Shown: positions 28,851 through 45,814 of the stretch, piece after piece
How positions within the stretch are numbered: position 1 is the first letter of the stretch
Layout: the number at the start of each line of letters is the position of its first letter
NCBI RefSeq assembly: GCF_009914755.1
Contig: NC_060935.1
DNA from: the human T2T-CHM13v2.0 reference genome, Homo sapiens
Length of the DNA: 64,000 nucleotides
Reading direction: 5' to 3' (one strand)
Translations under genes and position numbers: made by a program
Notes under the pieces: model-generated
Seen by the model: only the letters and a program-made list of their open reading frames with translations
The model's database searches: none
What the model was told of the DNA's origin: nothing

Positions 28851-31800
28851 TGGATGAGAGGAAGGCTAGAGATCTCCTGGCTACGTGGAGTGGAGTGCTC
28901 ATGTCTGGTGGTGGCGGCTGCCTTTGCTAGCCAGTGTAATGAGTGCTAAGCATAGCCTGTGGGGGGCAGAGGGTTTTCACAGAGGACGCAGTTTGAGCTG
29001 AATCTTGACTGCAGAATAAGAGTTTCACAGGCAGAGGCTACAGAGAGCTTTCCAGCCTCAGTAGACTGCATGGCCAAAGGCTAGGGGGCAAGGCACAGAG
29101 CAGAGAGAACAGGAAATTGTCTGGAGTTCCATATGGCTGGAGGATAGATGATCTCTGTGGGTCGGAGCATTGGGTACAAGAGGAAAAGAACAGGACATAA
29201 GACTGTAGAGGTCTCCAAGGATCAGCCAGATCATGCAAGCATATTTAGGCTATAAGAAGGTCTTTATTTTAAAAGCAAGGTTTTAAAGCTGTATAGTGAC
29301 ATAATGAGATTGTCCATTTTTCAGTATCGTCTTGGATGCTTTGTGAAGAGCAGGTGGAAAGGAGGCAATTGCCTAGTTCATCGTAGAAGTAATGATGTCT
29401 TGGACTAGAATTAGGGTGAGTGAAAAAGAGAAGTGATCAAATTCCAGAAGTCTTTAGGACGAAGAATTGTGGAACTTGGTGTGGGGAGTGAGTAAGGGCA
29501 AAGATGAGGACCAGGGTTCTGGCTTGGGAACTTGGTTGTTTTTACTGAGATGGAGAAAACTGGAGGATGAGGCATTTTATTTTGGACATGTTAAAGTTAA
29601 GGTGACAATACAGCAAGGTGGAAATGTTGAGTGTGTTGTTGGTTATGCAGATTTGCAATTCAGGGGAGGAATCTGACTTGGAGACACAGATTTGAGAGCT
29701 ATCAGCATATAGATAGCATATATATATCATATATATAGATGATACTTGAAGACGTGGTTGTGAAGGAGAACGTCTCAGGAGAGTGGAAGGCAAGAGGTCA
29801 GGGGACAGGAAGCCTGCACGACAGAAAAGGAGCAACCGCAAGTTGAAAAAGAAATAGGAAAATGAGTAAAGCTTACAGAAGAGAATGTTTTAATGAAGGG
29901 GAGGTAGTCAACGGCAGTACAGGCTACTGAGAGATCAAAGAACATTAATATTTTAAAGTAGCCATTGAATTTACAGTTGGGTTTTTTTTTTTTAAGTTAA
30001 GGGGTACATGTGCAGGTTTGTTGGATGGGTAAACTCAGGTCATGGAGGTTTGTTGTGCAGATCATTTCATCACCCAGGTATTAAGCCGTGGCACCCATTA
30101 GTTATTTTTCCTGATCCCTCCCTCTTCCTACCCGCCCCACTCTGGTAGGCCCCAGTGTCTGTTGCTCCCCTCAGTGTGCAGTTAGGATGTATTTGACCAT
30201 CTGTGAGTGTTGTTTCAGAATAATGGGTGAAGAAATCAGACTACATTGGGTTCCTTAATTTAAGGCACTATGATGAACACCTTCTGTGCTGGGTGCTAGA
30301 GTCCAGAATCTGACATAATCTCTGCTCTCGATACAGCAGATTTGTGGCAGATTGAAAAGTAGGCCGGGCGCGGTGGCTCACGCCTGTAATCCCAGCACTT
30401 TGGGAGGCCGAGGCTGGTGGATCACGAGGTCAGGAGTTCGAGACCAGCCTGACCAACATGGTGAAACCCTGTCTCTACTAAAAATACAAAAATTAGCCAG
30501 GCGTGGTGGCGTGCGCCTGTAATCCCAGCTACTCGGAGGCTGAGGCAGGAGAACTGCTTGAACCCGGGAAGCAGAGGCTGCAGTGAGCCAAGATCATGCC
30601 ACTGCCCTCCAGCCTGGGCCACAGAGCAAGACTCTGTCTTAAAAAAGAAAAAGAAAACAAAAGTTGAGAGGTGAGCAAATAGTGAAAGTGAATGTACACC
30701 AGTTCTACAAGGTTGGCTGAGATAGGAAGGCAAGAAGAGCAGTAGTGATGGTGACTCAGAGTGGCAAAATCAAATTCTTTATTTTTTAAAATTGGTGGAG
30801 TTTAGTTTTTAGGTTTGACAGGTCAGGATCACCTGTCATCTTAGTCTAGACTTCACTGGTTCCCATTAGGTTCTACACTATTTCTCTTTAATACTTTGCA
30901 AAGTCATTTGTTCCATTTTTCATATAATTCTCAAAGGGTACCCTGATAAAGACAGTAAGCACTGTTACTGTTTTGTTGGTGAGGAAATAGAGGCTTAGGC
31001 AGTTGCCCAGTGGGCCTAGCATCTAGGAAGACTCTAGCTGAGTCTAGGAAGACTCTAGGAAGATGCTGCCAGAAGGAAAAGGGGTGGAATTAATGAAACT
31101 GGAAGGTTGTGGTGCTGGTTTGAGGAGTAAAGTATGGGGGCCAAAGTTGGCTATATGCTGGATATGAAGAGGGGGTTAATTCCTTGCAGGTCTTCTTGAG
31201 ATAGAAGTCCAGGCCCTGAGGTGGCAGGCAGCCTGATAGTGAACAGAACCCTTGTGCCCATACTTTTGCCCCCCGAGTTTGGCCTGCCCTGGCGCCACAG
31301 GCAGTACTGGAAGCTGATAAGTCAGGGCACAAATTAAAGGTCTAGGAGGCAAGACCAACTGATAAACAGGGGGCGTAATGCTTCCTGGGGATAATCCCAT
31401 CTCAAGGAAAAGCTTTTGGCTATTTCTGTGTTAGCAGATGCGAGCAAGTTGTGGAGGAAAATGATTAACTTAAAGGCCACACCCCCCAACCCCTTCAGCT
31501 GTACGGGCATCTGGATGGCCAGACCCCTGATCAGCTCCAGGCCTTGCCTAGAGTCGCACACAGGAAGTGACCACAACACTAAGGCATCCGGAGGCTGCTG
31601 GCCCAGACCACGGACCGCCCCCTGCTCCGCCCCTTGAATCTGCAGCCCCGAACTGGAGGGAATTTCCTTTTATGGCCCCAGGCTGTCAGGCAGGCCCAGC
31701 TCCAAACCAATTGTTTTGTTTTGTTTGTATACTTTACTTTATAAAATACATATTTCTTGGAAAAGAAAAAAATCAGGTATAGTTTTAATCCCAAAACAGC

Positions 31801-34800
31801 CATTCTCATTTTCTTCTGTTTTCTATGCACAGGATTGCTAAGTAGGGGAATCCTGCTTTGCATGGTGGTTTGTTATCTACCTCATCAGTAGTCAAAAGCA
31901 TTTCTCCTTTTCAACATAAACCCTTCCAAAACATCATTTAAATTCCATTCCATTTTTAGATGTTAGTTTCAGTACCAGAGCCAAATAGTAAGTTTGTTCC
32001 CTCTTCTATAAGTTGTGGCCTGCCTTCTCCAAGACACCCTTCTCCCCCACTAACATGCACTGAACAGCTGCTGTCAATCCATTCCCTCAAGAAACTTAAA
32101 GGTCTAACAGACAAGACAGTCCATTAACAGATTTTTACAATCCAGTGCAACAAGTGCTGAAGTAGGGGGACATATAAGATGTGGTGGAAAACAGAAAGGA
32201 CCAATAGATGTTGCAGAAGGGGTGCAAGAGAAACCAGGGGAAGAGCACTACCACCTAAGGAAATGAGATGTGGGATATGGTGAAGATAACACATTTTTTT
32301 ATAGAGGTTGTTGAGATATCTAGGTGGTTGGTTTGGTTTGAAGCTCAGGGGAAGGTCTGAAATGGACAGCTTTGGGAGTTGCTGGCATGAATGAGAATCA
32401 AAGTCCTAGAGAGGTAAGCCTTCCCAGAGAGTATGTAATTATCAGTTTTTCAGGAATCAAAACCTTTGCCCCATCCCACCTCCAGCTCAATGACCATTGC
32501 CCCTTCCTCAAAGGGACGATCATGGCTTCTCCCCCTTGCACTGGGCCTGCCGAGAGGGCCGCTCTGCTGTGGTTGAGATGTTGATCATGCGGGGGGCACG
32601 GATCAATGTAATGAACCGTGGGGATGACACCCCCCTGCATCTGGCAGCCAGTCATGGACACCGTGATATTGTACAGAAGGTACGTACAAACTCCTTCGTC
32701 ATCCACATCACATACATGCCATGAGGGTCAGTCACAGGCACTGTAACATACAGTAGAAAGCATGTGTGCTCTTCCCCCTTTTCCCATGCCCTGACACCAG
32801 TATCTCATTTGGAACTGACTGTACTTTCTGCCTCTTCTTTTTGTCTGGCCATGGGGTCCAGCTATTGCAGTACAAGGCAGACATCAATGCAGTGAATGAA
32901 CACGGGAATGTGCCCCTGCACTATGCCTGTTTTTGGGGCCAAGATCAAGTGGCAGAGGTGAGTACTCAGCCCTTAATTCCTGAGATGGGTAGGAAGTAAA
33001 GTCTGAGCCTTGGTGGGAGATTTTGGAACCCTCAACCCATTCTGTCAGTACTACTGTGTGACACTTACAGGATTAAGTTCTACATTTGTGCATTCATGGT
33101 TGGTTCAGTGACTGCCAGCGAGGTAGCAGTGGCTCTCATCATAATGGCCTTTTCATTCCAGGACCTGGTGGCAAATGGGGCCCTTGTCAGCATCTGTAAC
33201 AAGTATGGAGAGATGCCTGTGGACAAAGCCAAGGCACCCCTGAGAGAGCTTCTCCGAGGTCCATCTCCCCATCCCCTAGCTTGTGTCCTCTCGTCCCTTC
33301 CCACCTGTCTTCTCCCTCTGTACCACAGCTTAGGTTGTTTTTCTTCCCTAGAGCGGGCAGAGAAGATGGGCCAGAATCTCAACCGTATTCCATACAAGGA
33401 CACATTCTGGAAGGGGACCACCCGCACTCGGCCCCGTGAGTCACCACTGTGGGAAGAAGGGTTGTAAAAGGAAATAATCCTGGCCTCTTGGGGCTGGGTT
33501 AGGGTGAAGCTGGGTACCTGACCTGCCCACACTCTTAGGAAATGGAACCCTGAACAAACACTCTGGCATTGACTTCAAACAGCTTAACTTCCTGACGAAG
33601 CTCAACGAGAATCACTCTGGAGAGGTGACCCCTGCCCTTCTTGCCCTTCCCTCACTAAACCCCCATAAATTACTTGCTTTGTACCTGTTTTAAGTTTTTC
33701 CTCCAGTTAGTGGGCAAGGAAGTGGCAGCAACATTTCAAGCCTCCTAACCCCTACCTGTCCTGCAGCTATGGAAGGGCCGCTGGCAGGGCAATGACATTG
33801 TCGTGAAGGTGCTGAAGGTTCGAGACTGGAGTACAAGGAAGAGCAGGGACTTCAATGAAGAGTGTCCCCGGCTCAGGTAGTGCAAGGCGTAACCTGGAAG
33901 CTGCTAGTTCCAAGGAACCCTGAATAGCACTGAAAGAGATCTTTTGTACTGGGTCTCAACCACTCCCTCCCTCTTCTAGGATTTTCTCGCATCCAAATGT
34001 GCTCCCAGTGCTAGGTGCCTGCCAGTCTCCACCTGCTCCTCATCCTACTCTCATCACACACTGGATGCCGTATGGATCCCTCTACAATGTACTACATGAA
34101 GGCACCAGTGAGTAGGGATGTTGAATTTCCTTGGGGAGGAAATGGCAGAGAGGGAGCCTCTCTGAACTATTTGACTTTTGCCTCCTCTCAGATTTCGTCG
34201 TGGACCAGAGCCAGGCTGTGAAGTTTGCTTTGGACATGGCAAGGGGCATGGCCTTCCTACACACACTAGAGCCCCTCATCCCACGACATGCACTCAATAG
34301 CCGTAGTGTAATGGTGAGGCCACAAGCTCACTCCTGGCCCAGGCCCCAAAAGCCCTTTGCCTATCTATGACTTACCTCCTTCTATCTGTTTTCTCTTCCT
34401 CAGATTGATGAGGACATGACTGCCCGAATTAGCATGGCTGATGTCAAGTTCTCTTTCCAATGTCCTGGTCGCATGTATGCACCTGCCTGGGTAGCCCCCG
34501 AAGGTGAGTGAAGTCATCATGTCGGGAGGTAAAAAAGGACCACCTCAGAAGTAGTGGAAGGGGGCAGAGACAGGACAGGCAAGGGGGCCAGAACAGACAA
34601 GCCCTATCTCTCCAGCTCTGCAGAAGAAGCCTGAAGACACAAACAGACGCTCAGCAGACATGTGGAGTTTTGCAGTGCTTCTGTGGGAACTGGTGACACG
34701 GGAGGTACCCTTTGCTGACCTCTCCAATATGGAGATTGGAATGAAGGTGAGAGCACAACAGCATACATTTGTGTTGCGGGAGTGGTTGGTGATGGTGAAA

Positions 34801-35079
34801 ATAACTGTAGTGGGCCTTGGCTCCTCACATATTTGTTCGGATATACAGTAATCCTGTCCCAAGGGCCAGTGGCTTCTCTCTACATGACAGACTCAAATTG
34901 TGAGGCTGCTTTTTTTCTTGTATTCGCAGGTGGCATTGGAAGGCCTTCGGCCTACCATCCCACCAGGTATTTCCCCTCATGTGTGTAAGCTCATGAAGAT
35001 CTGCATGAATGAAGACCCTGCAAAGCGACCCAAATTTGACATGATTGTGCCTATCCTTGAGAAGATGCAGGACAAGTAG
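28744..35079 (+). CDS. ILK: Integrin-linked (pseudo)kinase, 452 aa
   Basis: Coding exons 28744-28832, 32514-32679, 32862-32957, 33162-33258, 33352-33435, 33539-33624, 33767-33876, 33980-34107, 34192-34313, 34404-34503, 34616-34746, 34930-35079; total 1359 nt. [12 protein letters not shown] start; ankyrin repeats ([18 protein letters not shown]); pseudokinase with DVK instead of DFG. Confidence 0.98.
28930..30250 (-). mobile_element. L2 fragment in ILK intron 2, interrupted by an antisense L1PA 3'-end piece (~29980-30178)
   Basis: L2 phrases (TTTTGGACATGTTAAAGTT, GATTTGAGAGCTATCAGCATATAG); L1PA end TTTTAAGTT...GGGGTACATGTGCAGGTTTGTT. Confidence 0.65.
30362..30660 (+). mobile_element. AluSg-like SINE in ILK intron 2
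   Basis: GGCCGGGCGCGGTGGCTCACGCC..., GGATCACGAGGTCAGGAGTTCG, CpG-rich. Confidence 0.92.
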
Positions 35080-35318
35080 GACTGGAAGGTCCTTGCCTGA
35101 ACTCCAGAGGTGTCGGGACATGGTTGGGGGAATGCACCTCCCCAAAGCAGCAGGCCTCTGGTTGCCTCCCCCGCCTCCAGTCATGGTACTACCCCAGCCA
35201 TGGGGTCCATCCCCTTCCCCCATCCCTACCACTGTGGCCCCAAGAGGGGCGGGCTCAGAGCTTTGTCACTTGCCACATGGTGTCTCCCAACATGGGAGGG
35301 ATCAGCCCCGCCTGTCAC

Positions 35319-35331
35319 AATAAAGTTTATT
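35319..35331. terminator. Back-to-back poly(A) signals: ILK AATAAA (+, 35319-35324) and TAF10 AATAAA (-, 35326-35331)
   Basis: Sequence AATAAAGTTTATT between the two stop codons. Confidence 0.85.
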
Positions 35332-35389
35332 ATGAAAACAGGCTGGTGTGGGGACATGGGGACAGATAAGTACATTTAGGTTGGGTGGC

Positions 35390-36657
35390 TCAGGTGAAGT
35401 AGTGCGGCTTCTTCACATTGATGCCATACTCGCTGAGGGCAGGGGTCAAGTCCTCCATGGTTAGAGTGTACTTGCGGTCCTGAGGGAAGAGGGAAGAGCA
35501 CCAACTGAGCACAGGAATCCCGGACTTCAATCCCAGATGGGTGACCCTGAGTAAGTCTTACACCTCCCCTACGATTCAGTTTCCCCAAAGGGGTGGCAGG
35601 ATAAGCCTCCACTGTTGTGGAAGGTAATTACTGATTCATTAAGCCTCCCCTCACACCTTGCTCTTGCTCCGGGAGCTGCCGGAGGCCGTGCCCTTCATTT
35701 TGCAGTGCTGTAGGGCATCATTGGCAATATCTGAGATGAATTTCTGGGCAGCTAAGGAGATGAGCCGAATTCTAGAGAGAAAAAACTTAGATGAGAAGGA
35801 GATGGACAACATACTGCACAAGCACCCAAAACTAACCTGCCCTGGGTTTACTCACATGCGTGGGTCTGAGGCCTCAAAGCCAGCACGGTTCAGGTAGTAA
35901 CCAGTCACTGCATCTGGGATCTGAGAAATCAATTAAGAGAACTGTCAGCAGAGCGGGAGGAGGGTGAGGGAAATGGATAGGCCTGATTATCAGGAAGCTC
36001 ACAGTTTGGGTGAGCAGAGGGCAAACACAGAAGAGCGACTAGGGGAGCAAATGGAAGAGAACGCTGAAAAGCACGATGTGGCTGAAAGTTTTGTCAGCAG
36101 GCTAGGTGGCCTTGTTCGGGCGGAAGCCCACCGTAGGCGTGTAATCTTCCAGCTGCATCAAGAAGTCCACCAAAGGCGTGCTGGACACCACGGGCTTCAC
36201 GTCTCCGTTGGCCGCGCTCGGCAGTACGTAAACCCCGTTAGATATGGCCCCCTCCGGGGGCGCCGCGCCACCCGCCGACACCGGAGCTGGAGGAGAACCA
36301 GCAAAATGAGACACAGAGGTGGGAGGCGCAGGGCCCCAGCTAGGTCTGTCTATACCCTCTGCCCTCACCCGCCGCTGGACCCAGCCCAAGACGCTTCCCT
36401 CGCCCTCACCCGTCCCGGCCCTCACCCGCCCCACGCCGCTCAGCTGGCTCCCCGGCCCGCGCCGCCAAGGGTCCCGTGCCCCCAGCAGCTGCTCCAGCCC
36501 CAGGTCCCCCCGCTGTCCCCGCGGGGCTGGCCTTGTTCTCCGCGGCGGTGCTGGAGGGCAGCGCGGCGGGAGCCGAGACCGGGGGCGCGGGGCCCGGGGC
36601 CGAGGCGGCGGAGGCCGGCGCCGCCTCGGGGTCCGCGCCGGAGCCGCTGCAGCTCAT
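35390..36657 (-). CDS. TAF10: TFIID/SAGA subunit TAF10 (TAFII30), 218 aa
   Basis: Exons 36657-36426, 36286-36132, 35920-35856, 35771-35657, 35479-35390; total 657 nt. [11 protein letters not shown] start; histone fold [18 protein letters not shown]...[12 protein letters not shown]; ends KKPHYFT. Confidence 0.97.
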
Positions 36658-37030
36658 CGGGCCGGTGGGAGAGGCGGCGAACAGAGCCGCTTCCGCTTCC
36701 GCTCGCGCCGCGCACACCCCGGGGTGACGTCACGCGCCCACGACTCGCCCCGCCTGTCTCTGTTAGTGCTCTCCAGCCCGCTCCCCGCCTCCTCCCATAG
36801 TGGATCTGCGGGTTAGAGGAAATAGGCTGCAGGGCGGAGACCGAGCCTTGGCGAACTGCGCTGCCGTAGCCATTCCGCCCTAGCCTCTGCCGTGCTCCGC
36901 GGCGATTCCGTCCAGACCGGAACCAGCGTGCGTCTGGCTCTCCTCCGCCGCTCTGGGACACCTCATTCTGTCTGACGCTCAAGACCTGGCTTCGACGTTT
37001 ATGGCCCTATGTCCCTCGACTACGGGTTGC
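36100..37030 (-). promoter_or_regulatory. TAF10 CpG island promoter with tandem ETS/GABP sites (36690-36701) and palindromic CRE TGACGTCA (36725-36732)
   Basis: CTTCCGCTTCCG and TGACGTCA read directly; GC boxes upstream. Confidence 0.8.
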
Positions 37031-37253
37031 CTGCCTGTCTGCATCGTTTCAAGTTCCCTTATTCAGCCTTTTAAGGATTCATAGTGGATTTGGAAAGCCC
37101 CCTCTCTTCTCCGCCAGCTGCCCCGAGAGGTGGGGGCAGCAGTGGGGCGGCACACAGTGCTGCTGTAGGAGGAGGAGGAGTTTCAGCCTGAGTCAACAAC
37201 ATATGCAAAAATCACAACGAATGAGAGGCGTGAGGTTTTCGGTGTAGCAGACA

Positions 37254-37259
37254 TTTAAT
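37254..37259 (-). terminator. TPP1: Likely TPP1 distal poly(A) signal ATTAAA
   Basis: TTTAAT on plus strand, ~1.75 kb after the TPP1 stop and just before the TAF10 promoter. Confidence 0.6.
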
Positions 37260-37459
37260 TCTTATTTGCCAACTCCTGAGCTAGGACCTGGGAACACAAA
37301 GTTAAATAGGACACGATTCTAGTCCTCTAGGCACCAACGGTCTTGGAAAGGAAGGCAGACAAGTAAACTGGCCATTTCAATACTATGTGGTCGTTACAAT
37401 GCTAGAGGTAGGCACAGGGGGCGCAATGCAAGGGAGGAAGGGCGTTAACATCTGCCACC

Positions 37460-38830
37460 TACTTCCAGGTGCCAAGCACTGTTATCAACATTATTCCACT
37501 TTATTCCCTGGTGATTATGAAAGGCAGGTATTGATATTCACACTTAACAGACGAGGAAACAGCCTCAGGGAGATAAGCTTACTTGACCCAGTCTCTCTCC
37601 TAGTCCATATCAGAACCAAGATTCAAACAGGTTTTGTTTAGAAAATCTAGGATTTTTCAGCCATACCAAAATAAAGTAGCCTCAGGGAATCAAAACATTC
37701 ACGAAAGAAGGTGACTTCTGAACTGAGTCTTGCAAGAATTCTGGAAATTAACCTGGCAGTTGTATCAGGGGTGGTAAGGGGACGGAACAGCTTGAGCAAG
37801 AGTGAGAGTTCCTTGGGGTTTGGGGAGGGAGGAGGAAAAATGATTTTTTACTTAAGAACAAATAGCAAGGAAGGTTTGTGAGCTATGATTGGGGGCTGGA
37901 GGGGAAAGCCTGAATTCTATCCAGTAATCCTTGAAGGGTTTTCATCCAAGTGGCCTGATGGGATTTGCATTTTACTCTGGAAGATGACTTGGGGATTGGC
38001 AGGAAGTAAGGACACTTTTTTTCAAGAGAATATAGCCCTAAACTAAGGTAGTAGCAGTGGGGATATAAGTGGATAAGTTCTAGATATACTTGGGAAATAT
38101 AATTGGAAGGACTTGTGGACTGATAAAGATATATTTAAGATGTGCAGTCAGTAGGACTTGTTGATTGAGGACTTGTTGATTGAAGGTGGGGTGAAAAGAT
38201 GACACAGGTTTCTGGCTTGGTTGGAAAAAGCATAGCATCATTTACCAAGAAGAAACGAGATGGAATTGTTTGGGGTTGGGAAGGTGGACGATGAAATGTT
38301 GAGTATCACGCATCTTACATTTGAGGTATCAATCATTATTGGATAGAAAGTCTTATTTAGTGAGATGGTAATGGTTGTAGATGTCAGTGATTTGTTCCAG
38401 GGGACAATGAGTAAACTGAGAAGAGCAAAAATCTACAAATGGAGCAATGAAGGTCAGCATTCCATGAAGAAGCAGAAATTGATGAGAGAGGAAGACAAGA
38501 GTAGTCAGAGAAGTTAAGACCTGGAAGCTAAGTAAGGAGAGGGAGTGGGCAACTATGATGGAAAGGCCATAAAGCAAAGATTGAGAAGTATGCACTGGAG
38601 GCCATTGTTTCTGGATGTCAGGGTAGGAAAGAGTAAACGGTGACAGTAGAGGTCTCCTTGCAGTGAATTGGGGAATGAATATCAAGTGAAATAGTGCACA
38701 GAGTCTGTATACAACCCTTTGGAAAAGCCTGATTGAAAAGAGAAAGATGAGATGCGGAGGGAGAGGCATTCAAAAAATGCTAGTTACAGCATCTTATTGA
38801 GGAATCTAAGGCAGGAGTAGGGAGACCTGA
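37460..38830. mobile_element. MIR (~37460-37660) and L2 (~37690-38830) remnants forming most of the TPP1 3'UTR
   Basis: MIR core ACAGACGAGGAAACAGCCTCAGGGAG; L2-type phrases (GAAGGTGACTTCTGAACTGAGTCTTG, GGACTTGTTGATTGA). Confidence 0.55.
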
Positions 38831-39013
38831 GTATGATGGAGCATGGTAGGGTTGGGAGTCAAGTCAAGCTCACAGCATTTCAGGGTTAGGGAGATAAGCT
38901 GTCTGCAGCAGTCAATAGTTGAGGGTTCAGCAGGGCTTCCAACAGGGCAGAATAAGGGACTGAACTGCCAGCTTCAGGGCAGGGGACAAGCCATCTCTCC
39001 TGATAGGAAAGGG

Positions 39014-43867
<4,854 letters not shown>

Positions 43868-43889
43868 TCTGCCCTTCCGCGGATCTGCT

Positions 43890-43910
43890 GTCATGTGACG
43901 GATCACATGA
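43890..43910. promoter_or_regulatory. Two CLEAR/M-box-like E-boxes at the TPP1 start
   Basis: GTCATGTGAC (43890-43899) and TCACATGA (43903-43910), 23-43 nt upstream of the ATG. Confidence 0.7.
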
Positions 43911-45808
43911 GCTCTATATTCCACCACCACTACCCCTCTGCCTAGTAACTAGTGACGGTACTGGCTCCTCCCTTGCATGGGTGGTCCCAAATGCTAGGCA
44001 AGGGTGGGGCCGCCACCCGGATTCTCCCCTCTGGCCAGTCAAGCACTGAGTAAGCCCAGGGCTCCCCACCTGCGTCCTGAGCCTGGTCCCCTGGGAATCA
44101 CCACGAGTGAGTGGGCTGTAGAGACCCACAGACTGGGGTTCTTCCTAGCTGTATGACATCAGCAAAATAACCTCTCAGAGCCTAGGTTTCTGCATTTACA
44201 ATATGGAGACTTATATAAAAGTGATCTGCCTCGAAAGATTGCAGTGAAAAAATTTTTTTCCTCTTTTATCCTTTATGTCCCCATATTATCAATTTTGTCT
44301 TCATTTTACGACTACATTTATGAACAGAGTAAAGCTTTTGCAAGACCAGGATCCTTTTATTCAAATCAGTTTCCAGTTTTAAGTAGCTTCCCAGGAGATC
44401 TACAATCAGCTGGGGTCCTGTTTATTATGGGTTCCCAAGGTTTTCAAGGAAATCAACTTTGTTCTAAGGGCCATGGAGGAATCTTGCATCTTGTTTAGTG
44501 GGCTCAGGTGGATAAAATGGAAACGGACCTTTGCTTCTTCTAATGGTAACTCAAAGCCCACAAGGAGGTCTGAGTTTACTACTTCCAACTGGGGTCATTA
44601 CAAGAGGATTTTCAATGAGAGTTAAAACCCTGAGGATTCAATTCCCTTCCAGTCTTCCTTTTTTTCCCCCCAAAAATCCATATGGAAGATGGTGTCAGCA
44701 GTGTCATTTTAACTTCCAAAACCATTAATCCAATACTCATGTGAAATCCCTTGTTCTGACCTCAATACTTTTTAGATAGATCCCTCTACTCCTGCTGTTG
44801 TCCTACAGGCCACTGGCTTCCATTAACCTATAGATTATATTCCCACACTGAAGATTATGGCACTTCACCTTTCTGTCCATCCCAACTCCTGCGATCATTT
44901 GACCTAGATGATCAAAATATCTAGGTAAAAGACCCATTCAACACCCTAACCTTCCATTTCTTCATCTCATTAAACCCAGTGAGCATTACCTTCACTTCAC
45001 TTAAGCAAACCAGTCCCATGGCTGCATTGGGCTTGCTATCTCTCAAAACTGCTCTACCTTTGAAATTATAATTATAGAATGCTTTCTTAGACTATAACCT
45101 TCTGTTTTTTCAAGCCATTGTTTTTCCTCACTCCTATTAATCTGACTTCTCTCTGTCCATTGATCCCTCCAGTTTCCCACTAAGCGTGGATCCTAGAGCT
45201 GTATTTACTAGCATCATGCTCAGAAACATTTCCCTTTGACCACAACTTTTTTTTTTTTTTCTAATTTCCTCAATCTCATGAACTTCTCAAACACTGGCCA
45301 ATTGCCTTTCCCTCACAGCCTGGCTCCCCAAAGAACAGGCAACACCAGTGGTTCCCAAATCCCTTTGTATGACTGTGAAAATTTACACTGAGATTAAGCA
45401 AGGCAGCCACCTGCAGAGAGCCTGACATGACAAAGGCTCAACAAATTGAGCTCTTTTTACAATGTGGATTTTTAGTGGCCCCCAAGAAGAACAAATAAAC
45501 CACTTGACTGCTCTTGTACCCACCCCAACTTATTTTAAGAACTTCGGGCCCAGAGCTGCTCATCCCCAAGATCCCCTCTCCCACCCAACTGATCCCTCTC
45601 AAGGCCCTGCTGGCCTCTTTGCCCATATTAGAGGGAAAAGAATAGCTGCAGAGAGATGTGATCATCAGCCTCAGGCTAGGCTCCTGAGCTCCCAGTGCCA
45701 TCCCCACCCCACCACCCCTCTGTGCCTCCTGAGGTATCCACAATACTCTGCCAGGTGTCTTCCAGTCATCCCTATAGAACAAAGCTGGAGACTGGATACA
45801 AATTGCAG

Positions 45809-45814
45809 TTTATT
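45809..45814 (-). terminator. DCHS1: DCHS1 poly(A) signal AATAAA
   Basis: TTTATT on plus strand, ~430 nt beyond the stop. Confidence 0.75.

Noticed and set aside
31022-31064. Short direct repeats TCTAGGAAGACTCTAG (also GGACTTGTTGATTGA x2 at ~38154, AATTCTCATTAAT x2 at ~16612)
   Set aside because: Small slippage duplications; no spacer-repeat array structure, not CRISPR-like
36658-36717. In-frame GTG 20 codons upstream of the TAF10 ATG (N-terminal extension)
   Set aside because: Lies among the core promoter motifs (ETS pair, CRE), probably upstream of the main TSS; no supporting evidence
35964-36800. 278-aa plus-strand ORF antisense to TAF10
   Set aside because: GTG start, Arg/Pro-rich, explained by stop-codon scarcity in a CpG island; no recognisable domain
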